Shown here in pieces: positions 1-11,009 of a DNA stretch of 33,193 bases. The number at the start of each line of letters is the position of its first letter. Position 1 is the first letter of the stretch. Position numbers and translations under genes: made by a program. The DNA lies in the NCBI GenBank assembly GCA_900617105.1, contig UYFQ01000683.1:62001-95193 (forward strand). Direction: 5' to 3'. This DNA comes from Hydrurus foetidus (Eukaryota). The notes beneath the pieces are model-generated. The model searched no databases, was not told where the DNA came from, and saw nothing but the letters and a program-made list of their open reading frames with translations.

Positions 1-3000
1 CCTTCATTTCCAAGCACCCGGAGTAGGGAACGGTTTCGCTATCTTTAGGCATCACCTCATCCAGTAAATCAATCAGAAGAGGAGGAGAGGCCTAGCAGCA
101 GTAGTACCAGTGACAGTGTTAGCATAGTATTGAAATTCAAGCAGAACAATAGCGGCTGTGCAGTAAATATTAAATATAGTAGAAGTAAGGTCTACTCTTC
201 TGTCAGTCGCAGTAGATGTAGACACTACCTCCTTTTCCAATTCAGGTTGAAACCAAGAGGCGGAGATGGGCATCTTCGCTGGAACCACCTCCTTCTCGGA
301 TACCTCTGGTCCTTGAGATGTGATGCTGGGAGTGGCTGCAATAGTGCGTGTGGCGATGTGCAGCTTCGAAGAGAGAGCCTGCATGAGGGCCAGTCCCTCT
401 GTTTTGACCTTTGGGGAGACAGTTGGTGGACGTTAGGAATAGATTCGTTGGAGTTATGATGACGTCATTATGTTCTGCAACACATCGCATTGCAACGCAT
501 CGCATTGCAACACATCGCATCGCTCAGCGTCAGCATGCATGGTTGCTTCACTTACCGTTAATCTCTCTCCAACTTCCAACAGGCCGCACATTAATCTAGC
601 GGGGCTGTTGCCGTGCTGCCATGATGTTGAGGTGTATGTGGGTTGGATTTAAGGTAAGATGCAGTGATATGAGATGTGATGGCGGGCGCGCAACACACTG
701 ATCGACTCATCAGCAGTAATTGATGCGTCAACAGACAGCTGTCATGCTGGCTCTATGCACAGCAGTTCGCGTCTTATCTCACTGATTGTTAGGACACAAA
801 GAGCAGATGAACACGCACTTACAAATTGATGTTCTACTTTGTCCTCTTCTGTCGACTTACCGTCAATAATACACCGGGAATCACGGTTTGCCCGACCAAT
901 CTTTCTCCTCTGTGGTCGATCACGCAAGAGAGAACAGTGTGAAGTCCCTCCACACCTTCCCATCAATTGACAATTGTACAGAATGTTAGCGGATCTGTCG
1001 TGATGGATGCGGAAATAGTACTGCAGAAATGTAGAAATAGTACTGCAGAAATGTAGAAATAGTACTGCAGAAATGGTGCGGCACTCTACTGAAGGGGATC
1101 GCCACCTGCAGACTGAATCAGCTTTTGGTTTCTGATATCGTGACCTGCGAACTTCCTATTCGCGTCAATTCCGTAGCATATCTTATCGAAAACAGACGGG
1201 AAGGTGGGAGCCAAGATCAGTCGAACAACAATCATCATGATATTGGAGAGAAGACTCAGAAAATGTAAAAAGTGACAGCACGTAAAATGTCCCTGAAGAC
1301 GCGTGTAAGAACGGGTAGAAGTAAAATCAAAATTTCAATTACCGACCAGAAAGTTTTCCTTCATGCCCGTAGCAGCGGAGTAGAATATATTGTTGTGGAG
1401 ATAAATCTGCATGTAGTCTGCCTCTGTGCTGTCGGTGTCAATCGGATCGATGCTGCCGTCTAGTATGGCAGCTGCACCCACCTTGACCGCGTTGTTGAAG
1501 TCGTGATGAGACTATGTGGAGATATTAGACAGCAATAGCGTTAGATATGGTTGGTCAAGATCACTGCTCTCATGTCTTGTTAGCGGACTGATTCACCCCC
1601 ATAGTTTGTAACACGCCTCACACCACGTTCATTCAGATACACAGCTTAACTAATCATGCATGCAGCGCAGTCTCACACCTTCAAAATATTTCCCGCAGTC
1701 ATTATTTTATCGTGCATGTTTTTCACATTAAACTCTCTAACAGTCTGCAATTCTTCGTTCCTGATAGTATGCGGCATATAAAGGTAAGTCAGAACTGCAT
1801 ATTCTTCCGATCAGATTGGGAACATAAATCATGAATAGAAGCGTAATAAAAATTATTATCACCATTCTCTAGGCCCCGAGTCACTCACGCCAAAACGACT
1901 CTCCAGATCATCGTGTAAGCGGCTGATGTCAAAGGTGTGTTCGCTGCTCTTTATTCCTGAGTCAGGTTTAGATCCGGTGCGTGCAATAGGAGGAACAACC
2001 CACTGAGGAACCGCCTTGGCAAACTGCTGATAATGCTGTCTGTACATCATGTCCATGAAACGTAATGCTATAGTACTATCATCGAGGCTCTCGCGATTAT
2101 GCTTATTAGAGCAGTGAGTAGACCACGCACTTCTCAAGCTTGCACTCACTCCTAAAAGAGTTGTGAAAAGCTCGTGCGAAAAGTGCGAAGTTGCAGCAGG
2201 GCTGGGGTCAAAATATTGCCTTGAACTCTTGTTGACATAGAAGCCAGTCGGAATACAGGTTATGTGGAAGACTCCCTCCTCTGCTACAGCTTCAACATAG
2301 AGGAGGTCACCTTGGGATTTTCTGTAAGCCGGAGGAGGATTCCATCCGGAAGCAGATAAGCTTTTGATGCAGTCAGACGGCACTATTGATCCATCTCTCC
2401 CAGATTTTTCGCCCACAGTTCTAGACAGGGCTTCAGCGAAAAATTCCTCGAGTGATGCAGACGAAAAAACTTCGTCTTCTCGAGGCAGTTTGGCACGAAT
2501 AGCCGCTATTTGTGAGGGTGAATGACTTTCATCACAACTCTCACGTTTTTCTGATCTAGAGAGTGCTCCTTCGATTCCGAAGTCCTCAAGAAGTCCCCTA
2601 TTCGAGCTGTTTATAGTTGGAGGAGCGGCAATGATAGATCTCGTCTGGTTCAGTTGCGCTTTCGTTTTCTTCATATCGTATAACTCTGGTTTGACGACTA
2701 GCGTAAGTGGCGCCGATGCTGTGTCTGCATTTAGATAGAATCCCAATTCTACGCTTTCATCTACCGTTGAACCGTCGATTTCGAATGTAAAGTTGGTGAA
2801 ACATGTTGTCTCCTGGTACATGTGCATCGACTCCCTAACAGCACCGACAGATTCCGCGAAATCCACCCAATTAGAAAGGACACTGGAACCATCAGGCAAT
2901 ATGATTTCAATACCAAATGGTTGCACTTTTAGTTGGTCTTCACTATCATCCTCCACCTTTTCCTCTCTCTCGCTCACAGAACTTACTGCGCCTGCAACAG

Positions 3001-3019
3001 CAGCACATATTGTGCTCAT
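1..3019 (-). CDS. CLU1: Clustered mitochondria protein homolog (CLU/CLUH), 5' part; continues beyond the left edge
   Basis: Hand-spliced exons 3019-1863, 1760-1679, 1511-1347, 1181-1106, 955-861, 615-556, 408-229 and 91-1, all GT-AG with consistent phase. CLU motifs seen: SGWNPPPAYRKSQGDLLY, HITCIPTGFYVNKS, REWNEELQTVRE, YLHNNIFYS, EGLHTVLSCVIDHRGERLVGQTVIPG, CLEMK. Confidence 0.92.
476..521. repeat. Intronic 15-bp tandem repeat (TGCAACRCATCGCAT) x3
   Basis: Directly visible; it explains the MRCVA/HRIAT repeats in spurious ORFs. Confidence 0.85.
1012..1075. repeat. Intronic 22-bp tandem repeat (GAAATAGTACTGCAGAAATGTA) x~3
   Basis: Directly visible inside CLU intron 1105-956. Confidence 0.9.
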
Positions 3020-3371
3020 CCCTCCGTCGTTTCCAGCAATGATGGATGAAGAGGGAGATGAACGAATTGATTACTGTCTCAACTTGAAGACGATGCAGGG
3101 TTAAAAAATCATTACCATGCACGTCGAAATATTTATCAGCTTGCCTCTGCTGGCTTTGTGCTGTGCTGCTGTGTGCTGCACACTGCACACACCCCCACGC
3201 TACACCCTACACCCTACATCCAGTATTTTGTATTTTGACAGTTATGTTCACACGCCCCCGACAATAAACCTCAACGTTTTTCGAACTCTTGGCACCCTCT
3301 CAGTACGAAAAATACTCCGATTTTATGGTCTCTCGGAACGATTAGAGAAAAATGTCGTGTTCCGGGGCGTC

Positions 3372-3414
3372 AAATGTTATTCCGGGAGGCCGCAGGCCTC
3401 CCGGAATAACATTT
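3372..3414. repeat. Perfect 20-bp inverted repeat (hairpin/cruciform) with GCA triloop
   Basis: AAATGTTATTCCGGGAGGCC (3372-3391), GCA, GGCCTCCCGGAATAACATTT (3395-3414). Confidence 0.95.
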
Positions 3415-4513
3415 TGATAGTCTGAACAGTAGATTGATCATACTCTATCAAATTTCGGAGCACATAGAGGACACATTCTGCTGGAATTCTGAGCATCGTG
3501 GCATGGATTGCTCGGCAATTTATCGGTGGGACTCAAAGGATTCTTCTTCTGGATCGTTCTACTTCTCAGTAGCTTCTTGCTTTCGCAGGATCGCAGGTAG
3601 GGAAATTTATTTTCCCCCGGATGCTATTTTAAGCGATGAACTGTTGTCTCTCACCATCCACAAATCGACTACTACACTGCAGTGATGGACAATCTGCTGC
3701 TATATCTTGACAGCGTCTGAATTTTGAAATCAAGTGAGCATCTGAAGGTCTCCAATTCTGGTGTCGAATTGAACGACCTTTTCATCATGCAATTATTTCT
3801 CAGCAAGGTTGTAGAAGCTGAGCTTTTGCGACCTATGTGCTACCACAATTTATTATAATCCCTATGATTCTAAGTAGCTGAAGCCCACGTGCATGCCAAT
3901 TCGATGATTTTTTTTCCAGCTGATCTCCATCAACTGATAAATGTATCCTATAAATGATCTACTGCAGAGTTTTGGAAGCTGAAATACTGGGGCTTTGCTG
4001 CTCGGAGGGATTGGAAAACTGCTTATCATTTGGTTTGCAGTACACTGTCTCGATTAATCATCGATATTTTATAATGATAGATAGTAGCAGTCCGTGATCC
4101 TAGACGCTCTAAATCTTACCTCATGTGCTGTTCTATGCTGCATCTGCTTATTTTGCTTCAGTTTTTTCTTCTTAAGTTAAATTCAACAAGTATCTGAATT
4201 GTTTGATTCTACCTGTGCTTAATCAAAATTCAGCAAAAATTAGGAGACGAAGAATAAGAGCGTACTGACCAAGCAAGTTTGTCGATAGTTAATTATGGGA
4301 AAAAGTGAGGATGTTAAAGATATTGCATTCAATCAATTGCAAAATGGCATCAGCTGTGATTACTGTATGGCGTGGAGTTTTAGTACATAGAAAATTGGTA
4401 ATTGAAAAGGTCAGCGCAGGGAGCTTCGAAGTATTACATAGACAGTTGGGTAGGTCACTGCATGGCACGGCGAAGTATTAGTCACAGTGGTTAGGTAAGC
4501 GATTGTTGAACGG

Positions 4514-7148
4514 TCACTTGCGACGGAAAGCGCCGATAATGGTAGGCTGCTTCTTGTTGTCCACTTTGCTTTTTGCTTTCAATGTATGCACGATGGATTT
4601 TGAAGGCAGGGAGTTGGAAGATGCACTACTGCATGTGATGTCGTTAAAGATGCAAAATGTACTGATCGAAGGGGCTGTGTGACCTCTTTTTGCTTTCCTC
4701 AGCTCTGTTAATCTCCCCTCGACCCCATTGACCGACATGTGTTTGCGCCTTAATTTCTTCATGTCACGGAGTGGAAAGTATATCAATTCTTCTCTTTCTA
4801 GGATCATTTCCAATTTGCTCTCTATCTCTGCCGTCTTCTTCAGCAAATTTGAGTTCCACGTGTCATATTCGGGCGACGCAGAATCGGGTTTGGTGGATGT
4901 GAGTACGGCGTGGTCCTCTTCGGTGCAGTGCTTCATGATGAAGGGGAGTATTGTGTTCACAATGCGGCTCTTATCTTGAGTGGATGATGCGCCGGTCTCT
5001 ACAACCCAAGATGCTTCACAAGTGAGGTTGTAATAGTATCTGGAGTATAGAACTGAGCGCAAGTATAGTCCTTTCATTGTGAGTATTCTGAAAGGGACAG
5101 CTCCTGGACGTAAGACAACGCACTGTTCAGTAGCACTCTCAGAAACTGTCGATATCAGCGAGCTTCCAGTGTCTTGAGGCGCTGGGACGTGCTCCTCCGT
5201 GCTTGAAGATACCGATGGCGATGATATTGGAGCGGTATAATTGGCGAGCGCCTGTCATCAATTGTGATTGGGTTGTTACAGCTAGTATACACATTTAAAC
5301 GAAACAGTATTTTCAGTCCATATTACCTCTTCCACTTTTCTTTTCTTTGAAGGCGTTCCACCCAAATGCTGTCGAATGTCCTTGAAGAGACCCTCAAAGT
5401 TTTCAATTGTACTTCTCAGCATCTTTATATCTTGTCTCATCAGTTTGATCTCTTTCATTTGCTGGTTGTTTGACATCTGCAATTCTGCGTTGTTCTTTAT
5501 GATAGACTCCATTAACACTCTATTTTCCTCATTGTTGGACTGTAGTTTTGTGTTGCGAAGACTCCAATCCACTCTGATGCACTCCCCCCACTCACCAAGC
5601 ATTTTCTCACTGACTGCAAACTCTCGTGCAGACCTGATTAGACTGCTTGTTATGATATGAGTCTGTCCGTATTTTGTGAGTAACTGGGTGTGATACATCA
5701 GTATGCTCGCGAACATGCACTCCAGTAGTGGTCGTAATTTTTGTCCAACTTTGAATGATTCATCTCTCACGTGAAATAACTGATTCATAAAGTTGTTTAT
5801 CAGCTGGACATTCGTTTCGTTCATTACAAGCATCAGATTTGGAGTCACCGGCACTTTGACATTTGCACTGTCTGTGTAGTAATGCGAAGGGTATCCTGAT
5901 AGAGCCATCGCAGCTGTATACAAATAAGTCAAATTCATCTTTTAGTAGAAGACACCAACGATGAGTTAGTGTTATCAGCTGCGCTTACCTGGCAAAGCTG
6001 ACATCGGGGTCGTGATAACGTACTCCCATGAGGCAGAATGACCTGTCATGTCGTGACCACCGTGCATTATCACCGCATAAGGTGACACGTTTCTGGCTGC
6101 GGCTTCATTAATAGATCCTACCCTGAGTGAATTACCACTTACATCACTGGGAAGAGAAGGCACTTTCGATCTCGAATATTCCACATTTTTGGAATCAGGG
6201 GATAGATCCTGTAGAAACAAGCTGATTTTTTTACTGGACCCTTGCTTCTCCAAAACAGAGATTTCGGGCAGAATCCAGTGATTCTCGGAATAGTCTTTTG
6301 AATGCTGACTTTGACCAAATTCGCATATGAAGTAACTCCCCAGGCTATGAAAGAAATCGAGCTCATATGAGTCGTAGTCCGAAAGGAACGAGATGCCCTT
6401 CTGTTTGGAACTTTTTGACTGTGACCAGTCGAAGTATAAGTTCTCTAGAACAGAATCCCAGGAAGTCAAGTTCCATGTGGCGGTAGCAGCCTCTCCTGCA
6501 CGTCCACATGCCAAAAATACCATGACGAGACTAAATCGTCTGTAAATCGCATCTGTCGTATTATGGGCCAGATACGATTGTGCCACTTTGCGCATCATGT
6601 CACGGCCAACAGCAGGGGCTTTGGTAGATATTTTCTCTCCCTCATCGATGCAGCTGTACACCAAATATAAGAAGTTACAGATTTCCACAGTCAGAATCAA
6701 ATTTCAAATCTGAAGTCTCATACCGTTTGACTATTTTGCGCTCAATTCCACATCTCATTTTTGTGTACCAGTTTCCAACATTGTCTAACTCTTTGAAAAA
6801 AGCATCGCCTGCGATAGTCGAGAATGTCAGATGCATACCCTCCAGTAAAGTAGATCTGATATGTGATGTACCTTTGAATAAAGTGTTTTGACCAATCACA
6901 AGTATGCAGCCTATGTAGCCTAGAACGGTGCTTTTCTTGAGGAAACATTTTTCTTTGGTTTTGTAAATCGATGTCAAGAAGTAGGCAAACGTTTGAAAGA
7001 ATTCCTCGGTGCAGAAGGTATCTCGAGGTGTTTTCATCAGCGATTCCATTCCGTTTAATGCAGCGTACGCATTGAAACAGTTGCGAGCGCTTTCTTGAGT
7101 CTGTAAAGTTGATGCGGAATCACCGGCACCAGTTATCATCATTTTCAT
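4514..7148 (-). CDS. Tyrosine recombinase (Crypton-type), ~783 aa when spliced
   Basis: Exons 7148-6872, 6808-6724, 6653-5989, 5913-5327 and 5251-4514 join into a stop-free frame of 2352 nt; introns are 63, 70, 75 and 75 nt. YR motifs in the expected order: LACGRAGE (Arg), SQSKSSKQK (Lys), GNSLRVG (H/NxxR), HGGH, SWEY (Tyr), then the Crypton-like AAMALSGYP. A small upstream exon is possible (acceptor-like TCTTCTGACTTAG near 7189). Confidence 0.85.
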
Positions 7149-7314
7149 AGCAATTTTATGTCTGCTGCTGAGTGCTTCTGCCTCACCTCTAAGTCAGAAG
7201 AGAAGACTTCATCATTCAGAAATCGGCGGCAAAACCGTTTTTAACCCATCCCCGGAATAAGAAATCCGTATCCCCGGATCAATGAAGTATTATAGATTAC
7301 AAATCGATGATCGA

Positions 7315-7346
7315 CCCCCAGCCCCCAGCCCCAGCCCCAGCCCCAG
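7315..7346 (-). promoter_or_regulatory. (CTGGGG)n G-quadruplex-forming motif upstream of TLS1
   Basis: The minus strand reads GGGG-CT-GGGG-CT-GGGG-CT-GGGGG-CT-GGGGG: five tracts of >=4 G with 2-nt loops. A regulatory role is not shown. Confidence 0.55.
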
Positions 7347-7535
7347 CAGTCAGCAGGGATAGAGATTTCAGATTTCAGCAGTAACTTCCTGCATTCTAGC
7401 GCCGCGGGAAAGGAGTATAATTTGTAATTTGCCATTTACATCCGATGAGAGAGGAGCCGAGTGTCGGCGATTGCCATAGCTATTGCTAGAGTTACTGACA
7501 ACTTTTCCCAATCGAGTTAAGGAGTGGGATAACCA

Positions 7536-8647
7536 ATGTTCCGAAAGCGGTCGCTGTTAAAAAGATCGGGATTGCAATACACTGACAACTATTTAGATCA
7601 CGAAGAAAGTGAAAATGAAAGCAGTACCACCGTGATGGAGATAAAAATGGAGCAAAAGTTGAGAATAAAAAAACTAGGGTTGGAAGTTTCTTCGGAAATG
7701 GAGGCAGAATCAGAAAAATTCATTGGAAGAAAGCAGAAATCTTCTGTTCAGAAATCCATCGAGTCAACGTTAGGATCACAGTTTGAGTCCCGTGTAGAAG
7801 ATGGGTCATCATCAAGCGGTTTCAACCACGAGAAGATCATGGAAAAGTACATAAACGAGAAAATGGGAATTATCGATACTTGGTAAGTGTTACGTAACAA
7901 CGAAGATGCACATTCGACGAGCTTTATTTCGCAACGAAAAAATCGAAAGTAGTCATCCATTACCTCAAAATCCTCTCAGCGATCAACCGCAAAAAGCGGA
8001 GAGAAGTCTTGACGAAGACTTATATAGAATTTCCGATGAAATTAAGGTGAGAGACTATTCTCTACCAAAGCTGACGCCCTCATGATCACCAGAAAGTACA
8101 TGCCTTTACAAAAGTTTTATAAAAAATGCACTCTTAACGGAAGATTGTCAATGCCTTGACTGCCTCATCTGGAACGGGATCAGCTGTCGAGGATTGTAGT
8201 AGCGGGGATCAGTTTATGTCTCTCGGAATCGCTGAGGTGGCGCTGCCCATCTCGTTCAAACTCTCCAACATCGAAGCAACTGAGATGAGTAGAAAAAAAG
8301 TAGAGTCCGAAAGGCATGCGAAAAGCGAGGATAGGAAAATACGAGGAGTATCCGTCCAGCCCAGCTCCGGTTCTGCTGATATAGCTGCTACTGGGACAAC
8401 GCGATTCTGGAACTCCTCTATGTCCTCATTTGTTCAACATCAGGAAAAGGATAAGGCGAAAGCAACAGAAGTACGTAATGTGGCGAATGGTCCGTCGTTA
8501 CCCGAAACAACTGGTTCAAATTTTATGTCGGAAAGTGCTGTCAGCTCAGTCGGATCAGTTGCGGGCGCAGATGGGAAGCGTAGAATGTTCAGTAATGACG
8601 ATCAAATTATGAAAAGATTTAGAAATCACGAAAATAACAGAAAATAA
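7536..8647 (+). CDS. TLS1: TLS1/C9orf78 (HCA59 family) splicing-associated protein, ~305 aa
   Basis: Exons 7536-7882, 7980-8046 and 8144-8647. Motifs HEKIMEKYINEKMG, DEDLYRISDEIK, GIAEVALPISFKLSNIEATE and C-terminal NDDQIMKRF resemble the C9orf78 family. Confidence 0.82.
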
Positions 8648-8757
8648 ACACTATAAACTCCAATGCTGCTACAATAATTCTTTGCTGCTGGGAAACTGCA
8701 GAATTTTTTGATAACTGCAGTAGCAGCCGTTGGTCTAAAACGTTCCCAGAAAACTCA

Positions 8758-9777
8758 TCACCGGTAGTCGCACGAAATGATATTTTCATTTAGAGGGGAA
8801 ATTGGCGAGACTACATTCCTCAGCGGAGACGATGCATGCAATTTGTGTATCTCGCTTTGAAACTCTTCAATGTAAGACAGAAACTCATCATACTTCTGGT
8901 CTATTTGGATGGGCTTTCTTATCAGAAGATCTGTAAGTGAGGCTTCATGACTGTAAAGCTGTGGCACAGGACCGCGCACCAGTCCCGGCATTACACTATG
9001 ATTTTCTGTCGACTTGCGATCTGAAGGGCTATCAGAGGCGTATGCAGGGAGTTCTGCTTTTCTCATCGTTAAGGTATCGGAATATGAAGAATTCTCCGGG
9101 AAATGAAGACTCATGAGAGTTCTAGAGGACACTGACATCGGGACTGAAGTCTCCGTGTTAGATGACATATCAAGGCGGTGCGCATTCTGTAGTCTCTGAA
9201 TTTGCATGCTGTGATGACATTTCTGATCACTCAGTTGCTGCTCCAGCATTTCAATCCGTGACATGTTGTACATTGGATCGAATACTTGATTCTTCGATTC
9301 ATTGATGTGAGAAAAGTCTTCCAATGAGAAGTTCTCTCCATAATTTGTCAATCCAAGTAACGGTAAATTTGGGCAACATCCACTCTTCTGAGAATCGCAA
9401 TTTCCCACTTTTCGCTGCTTCTCGGCCAATCTTTCATATATTCCTCTCCAAAAATTTAATTCGTGTGAATCCAGCGACCTATCCTTCATACAGGAGACAT
9501 CTAAATGTTTTGGAAACTGACGCAAATGTCCGTCCGGCGGAAGAGTATGGAATGGGTCGCTTAATTTTTTTGAAATGACCATGCGCAGGAGTGATTTCGC
9601 GTAGTCATTTCTATGCCTCCTCCAAATAATGTTCTCGACACCGCTACAGACGAGTTTCTCTATCCACTTTTCGATTCGTATTCTTTGCTGCTTTGGGAGA
9701 GTAATGTACGATCTCTCTATTTCCTTGATGATGGCCAAGAATGACACATCCAGTCCAGATGATGCGCCGCTGGACAT
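8758..9777 (-). CDS. DUF4485-domain protein (CEP112 N-terminal-like), 339 aa
   Basis: The N-terminal block RIRIEKWIEKL...WRRHRNDYAKSLLRMV...LSDPFHTLPPDGHL matches the DUF4485 pattern. Single exon, convergent with TLS1. Confidence 0.78.
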   Translation of the reverse strand: MSSGASSGLDVSFLAIIKEIERSYITLPKQQRIRIEKWIEKLVCSGVENIIWRRHRNDYAKSLLRMVISKKLSDPFHTLPPDGHLRQFPKHLDVSCMKDRSLDSHELNFWRGIYERLAEKQRKVGNCDSQKSGCCPNLPLLGLTNYGENFSLEDFSHINESKNQVFDPMYNMSRIEMLEQQLSDQKCHHSMQIQRLQNAHRLDMSSNTETSVPMSVSSRTLMSLHFPENSSYSDTLTMRKAELPAYASDSPSDRKSTENHSVMPGLVRGPVPQLYSHEASLTDLLIRKPIQIDQKYDEFLSYIEEFQSEIHKLHASSPLRNVVSPISPLNENIISCDYR

Positions 9778-11009
9778 TCACAGGAATTACCGCAGGCTGA
9801 CGCGGCTTGCTATCGTCTCATTAAATAGCTCTCCCGTATAAAATCTCGGATCTCAAGCAATCCTTATCATACCCCCTTGTCTCAATAGTTGTCACATGCA
9901 GGCACAGGGCGCAGTGATTGGCTTTTATGACAGTAGAGCAGTATGGGGATCAGAGAGTGGAGAGTCGCGCGAGAGAGAGGGGCTGGCTGACCGCAGGGAT
10001 ATATACTAATATTAAAATATTATGTACGCCTAAAAGTTGAAAATACAAAATACTATTCAACACTCAACTCAAGATTTTATGTACAGAATACGGTACTTAT
10101 CATGTTAACCTAGCAGTTGCAATGTTTATCATTCCTGGACACGGTAATCGTAACTAATCCGCATTATTGAATTCTTCTGCTGAAAACACAATCCACAGCC
10201 AAATTAATTTCCAATACCTGACCTCGAGAGGTCCAGCAATCACACCACGGAGAACACACAACACAATCAGCAATGTCTCCCGCCGTATTAAATACAATTG
10301 CATCACAACTAGCATTAGATAAAATGATAAGCTGACGATCACATTTTTGGAATCTCTGGGTTTGATTGGCAACAGAGAATTTGTAAAATAGCTTTATTTT
10401 TATATAAAATTAAAAATGATAAAATATGTAGTGCAATACAAATAGACAAACATCTAAAGATGGATATCTTAATAAAATAAACGATTTCACCGACAGTACT
10501 AGGCTGATGAAGTAATCACCTGCATCACATGGAATCTGATAACACAAACCAATTGAAGTTTACTTTATTTAATCAGCATTTAAAGAAATGGAAAGACAAT
10601 GGATCCCCGATTAAGAATTCCAGGAAGAGTAGCTGCTTTCCTTGACGATAGATTGTCAACATCACAGCTTTATGTGAATAATTTTGCTGAATAGCTTTTG
10701 CGCATTCTTCTTTAGTGACAGATATTCTCAGATGACCGCGTAATGTAACAAGCAGATTCAATGATATAGGTTTAGCTGTACTCGACGATCCTTCGATAAA
10801 TCAAGGGCCAACAAAAAGGATGCAGATGATGCCTCTACAACGTTAGAAAAAATCGATATCGAGATGATCGAAATAAGTATTATCTTTGAACACGTTTGAG
10901 CTGGATTTGACTCATTATGACGTGATGGTAATTGCATTTCCGACGGCGTGCATGAGATTAGGTGAAGATGGCTTCCATAAATGAGTTTTCGTCTCCCTTA
11001 GAATAATAT

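Larger units (their letters stand above)
3340..7299 (-). mobile_element. Crypton-like tyrosine-recombinase DNA transposon, apparently full length
   Basis: Contains a spliced YR gene. GATTA direct repeats at 3340-3344 and 7295-7299 each lie exactly 13 nt outside imperfect subterminal inverted repeats: TGTTCCGGGG 3358-3367 / CCCCGGATCA 7272-7281, then TTATTCCGGG 3377-3386 / CCCGGAATAA 7251-7260. No RT or DDE domain seen. Boundaries are inferred from this symmetry. Confidence 0.75.

Noticed and set aside
1012..1075. 22-bp repeats as a mini CRISPR array
   Set aside because: The copies are head-to-tail with no spacers, lie inside a eukaryotic intron, and have no cas genes nearby.
3372..3414. Hairpin as a bacterial terminator or Helitron 3' end
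   Set aside because: The context is eukaryotic, there is no CTRR end at the expected distance or Rep/helicase gene, and the arms share the YR element's end motif.
3434..3860. Plus-strand ORF 3434-3685 and possible spliced extension as a cargo gene
   Set aside because: The best splice gives only ~45 aa before a stop, and there is no recognisable domain.
4380..4513. Degenerate ~45-nt repeats (AGTATTA...CAGT.GG..AGGT) after the YR stop
   Set aside because: Too divergent to distinguish from chance without other copies of the element.
3324..7478. TATGG (3324) and CCATA (7474) as CryptonS-type termini
   Set aside because: They are inverted rather than direct and are not symmetric to the sub-TIRs; GATTA fits better.
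9960..10980. Short ORFs 10154-10372 and 10573-10761
   Set aside because: AT-rich intergenic sequence with non-ATG starts, no motifs and no consistent splice model.
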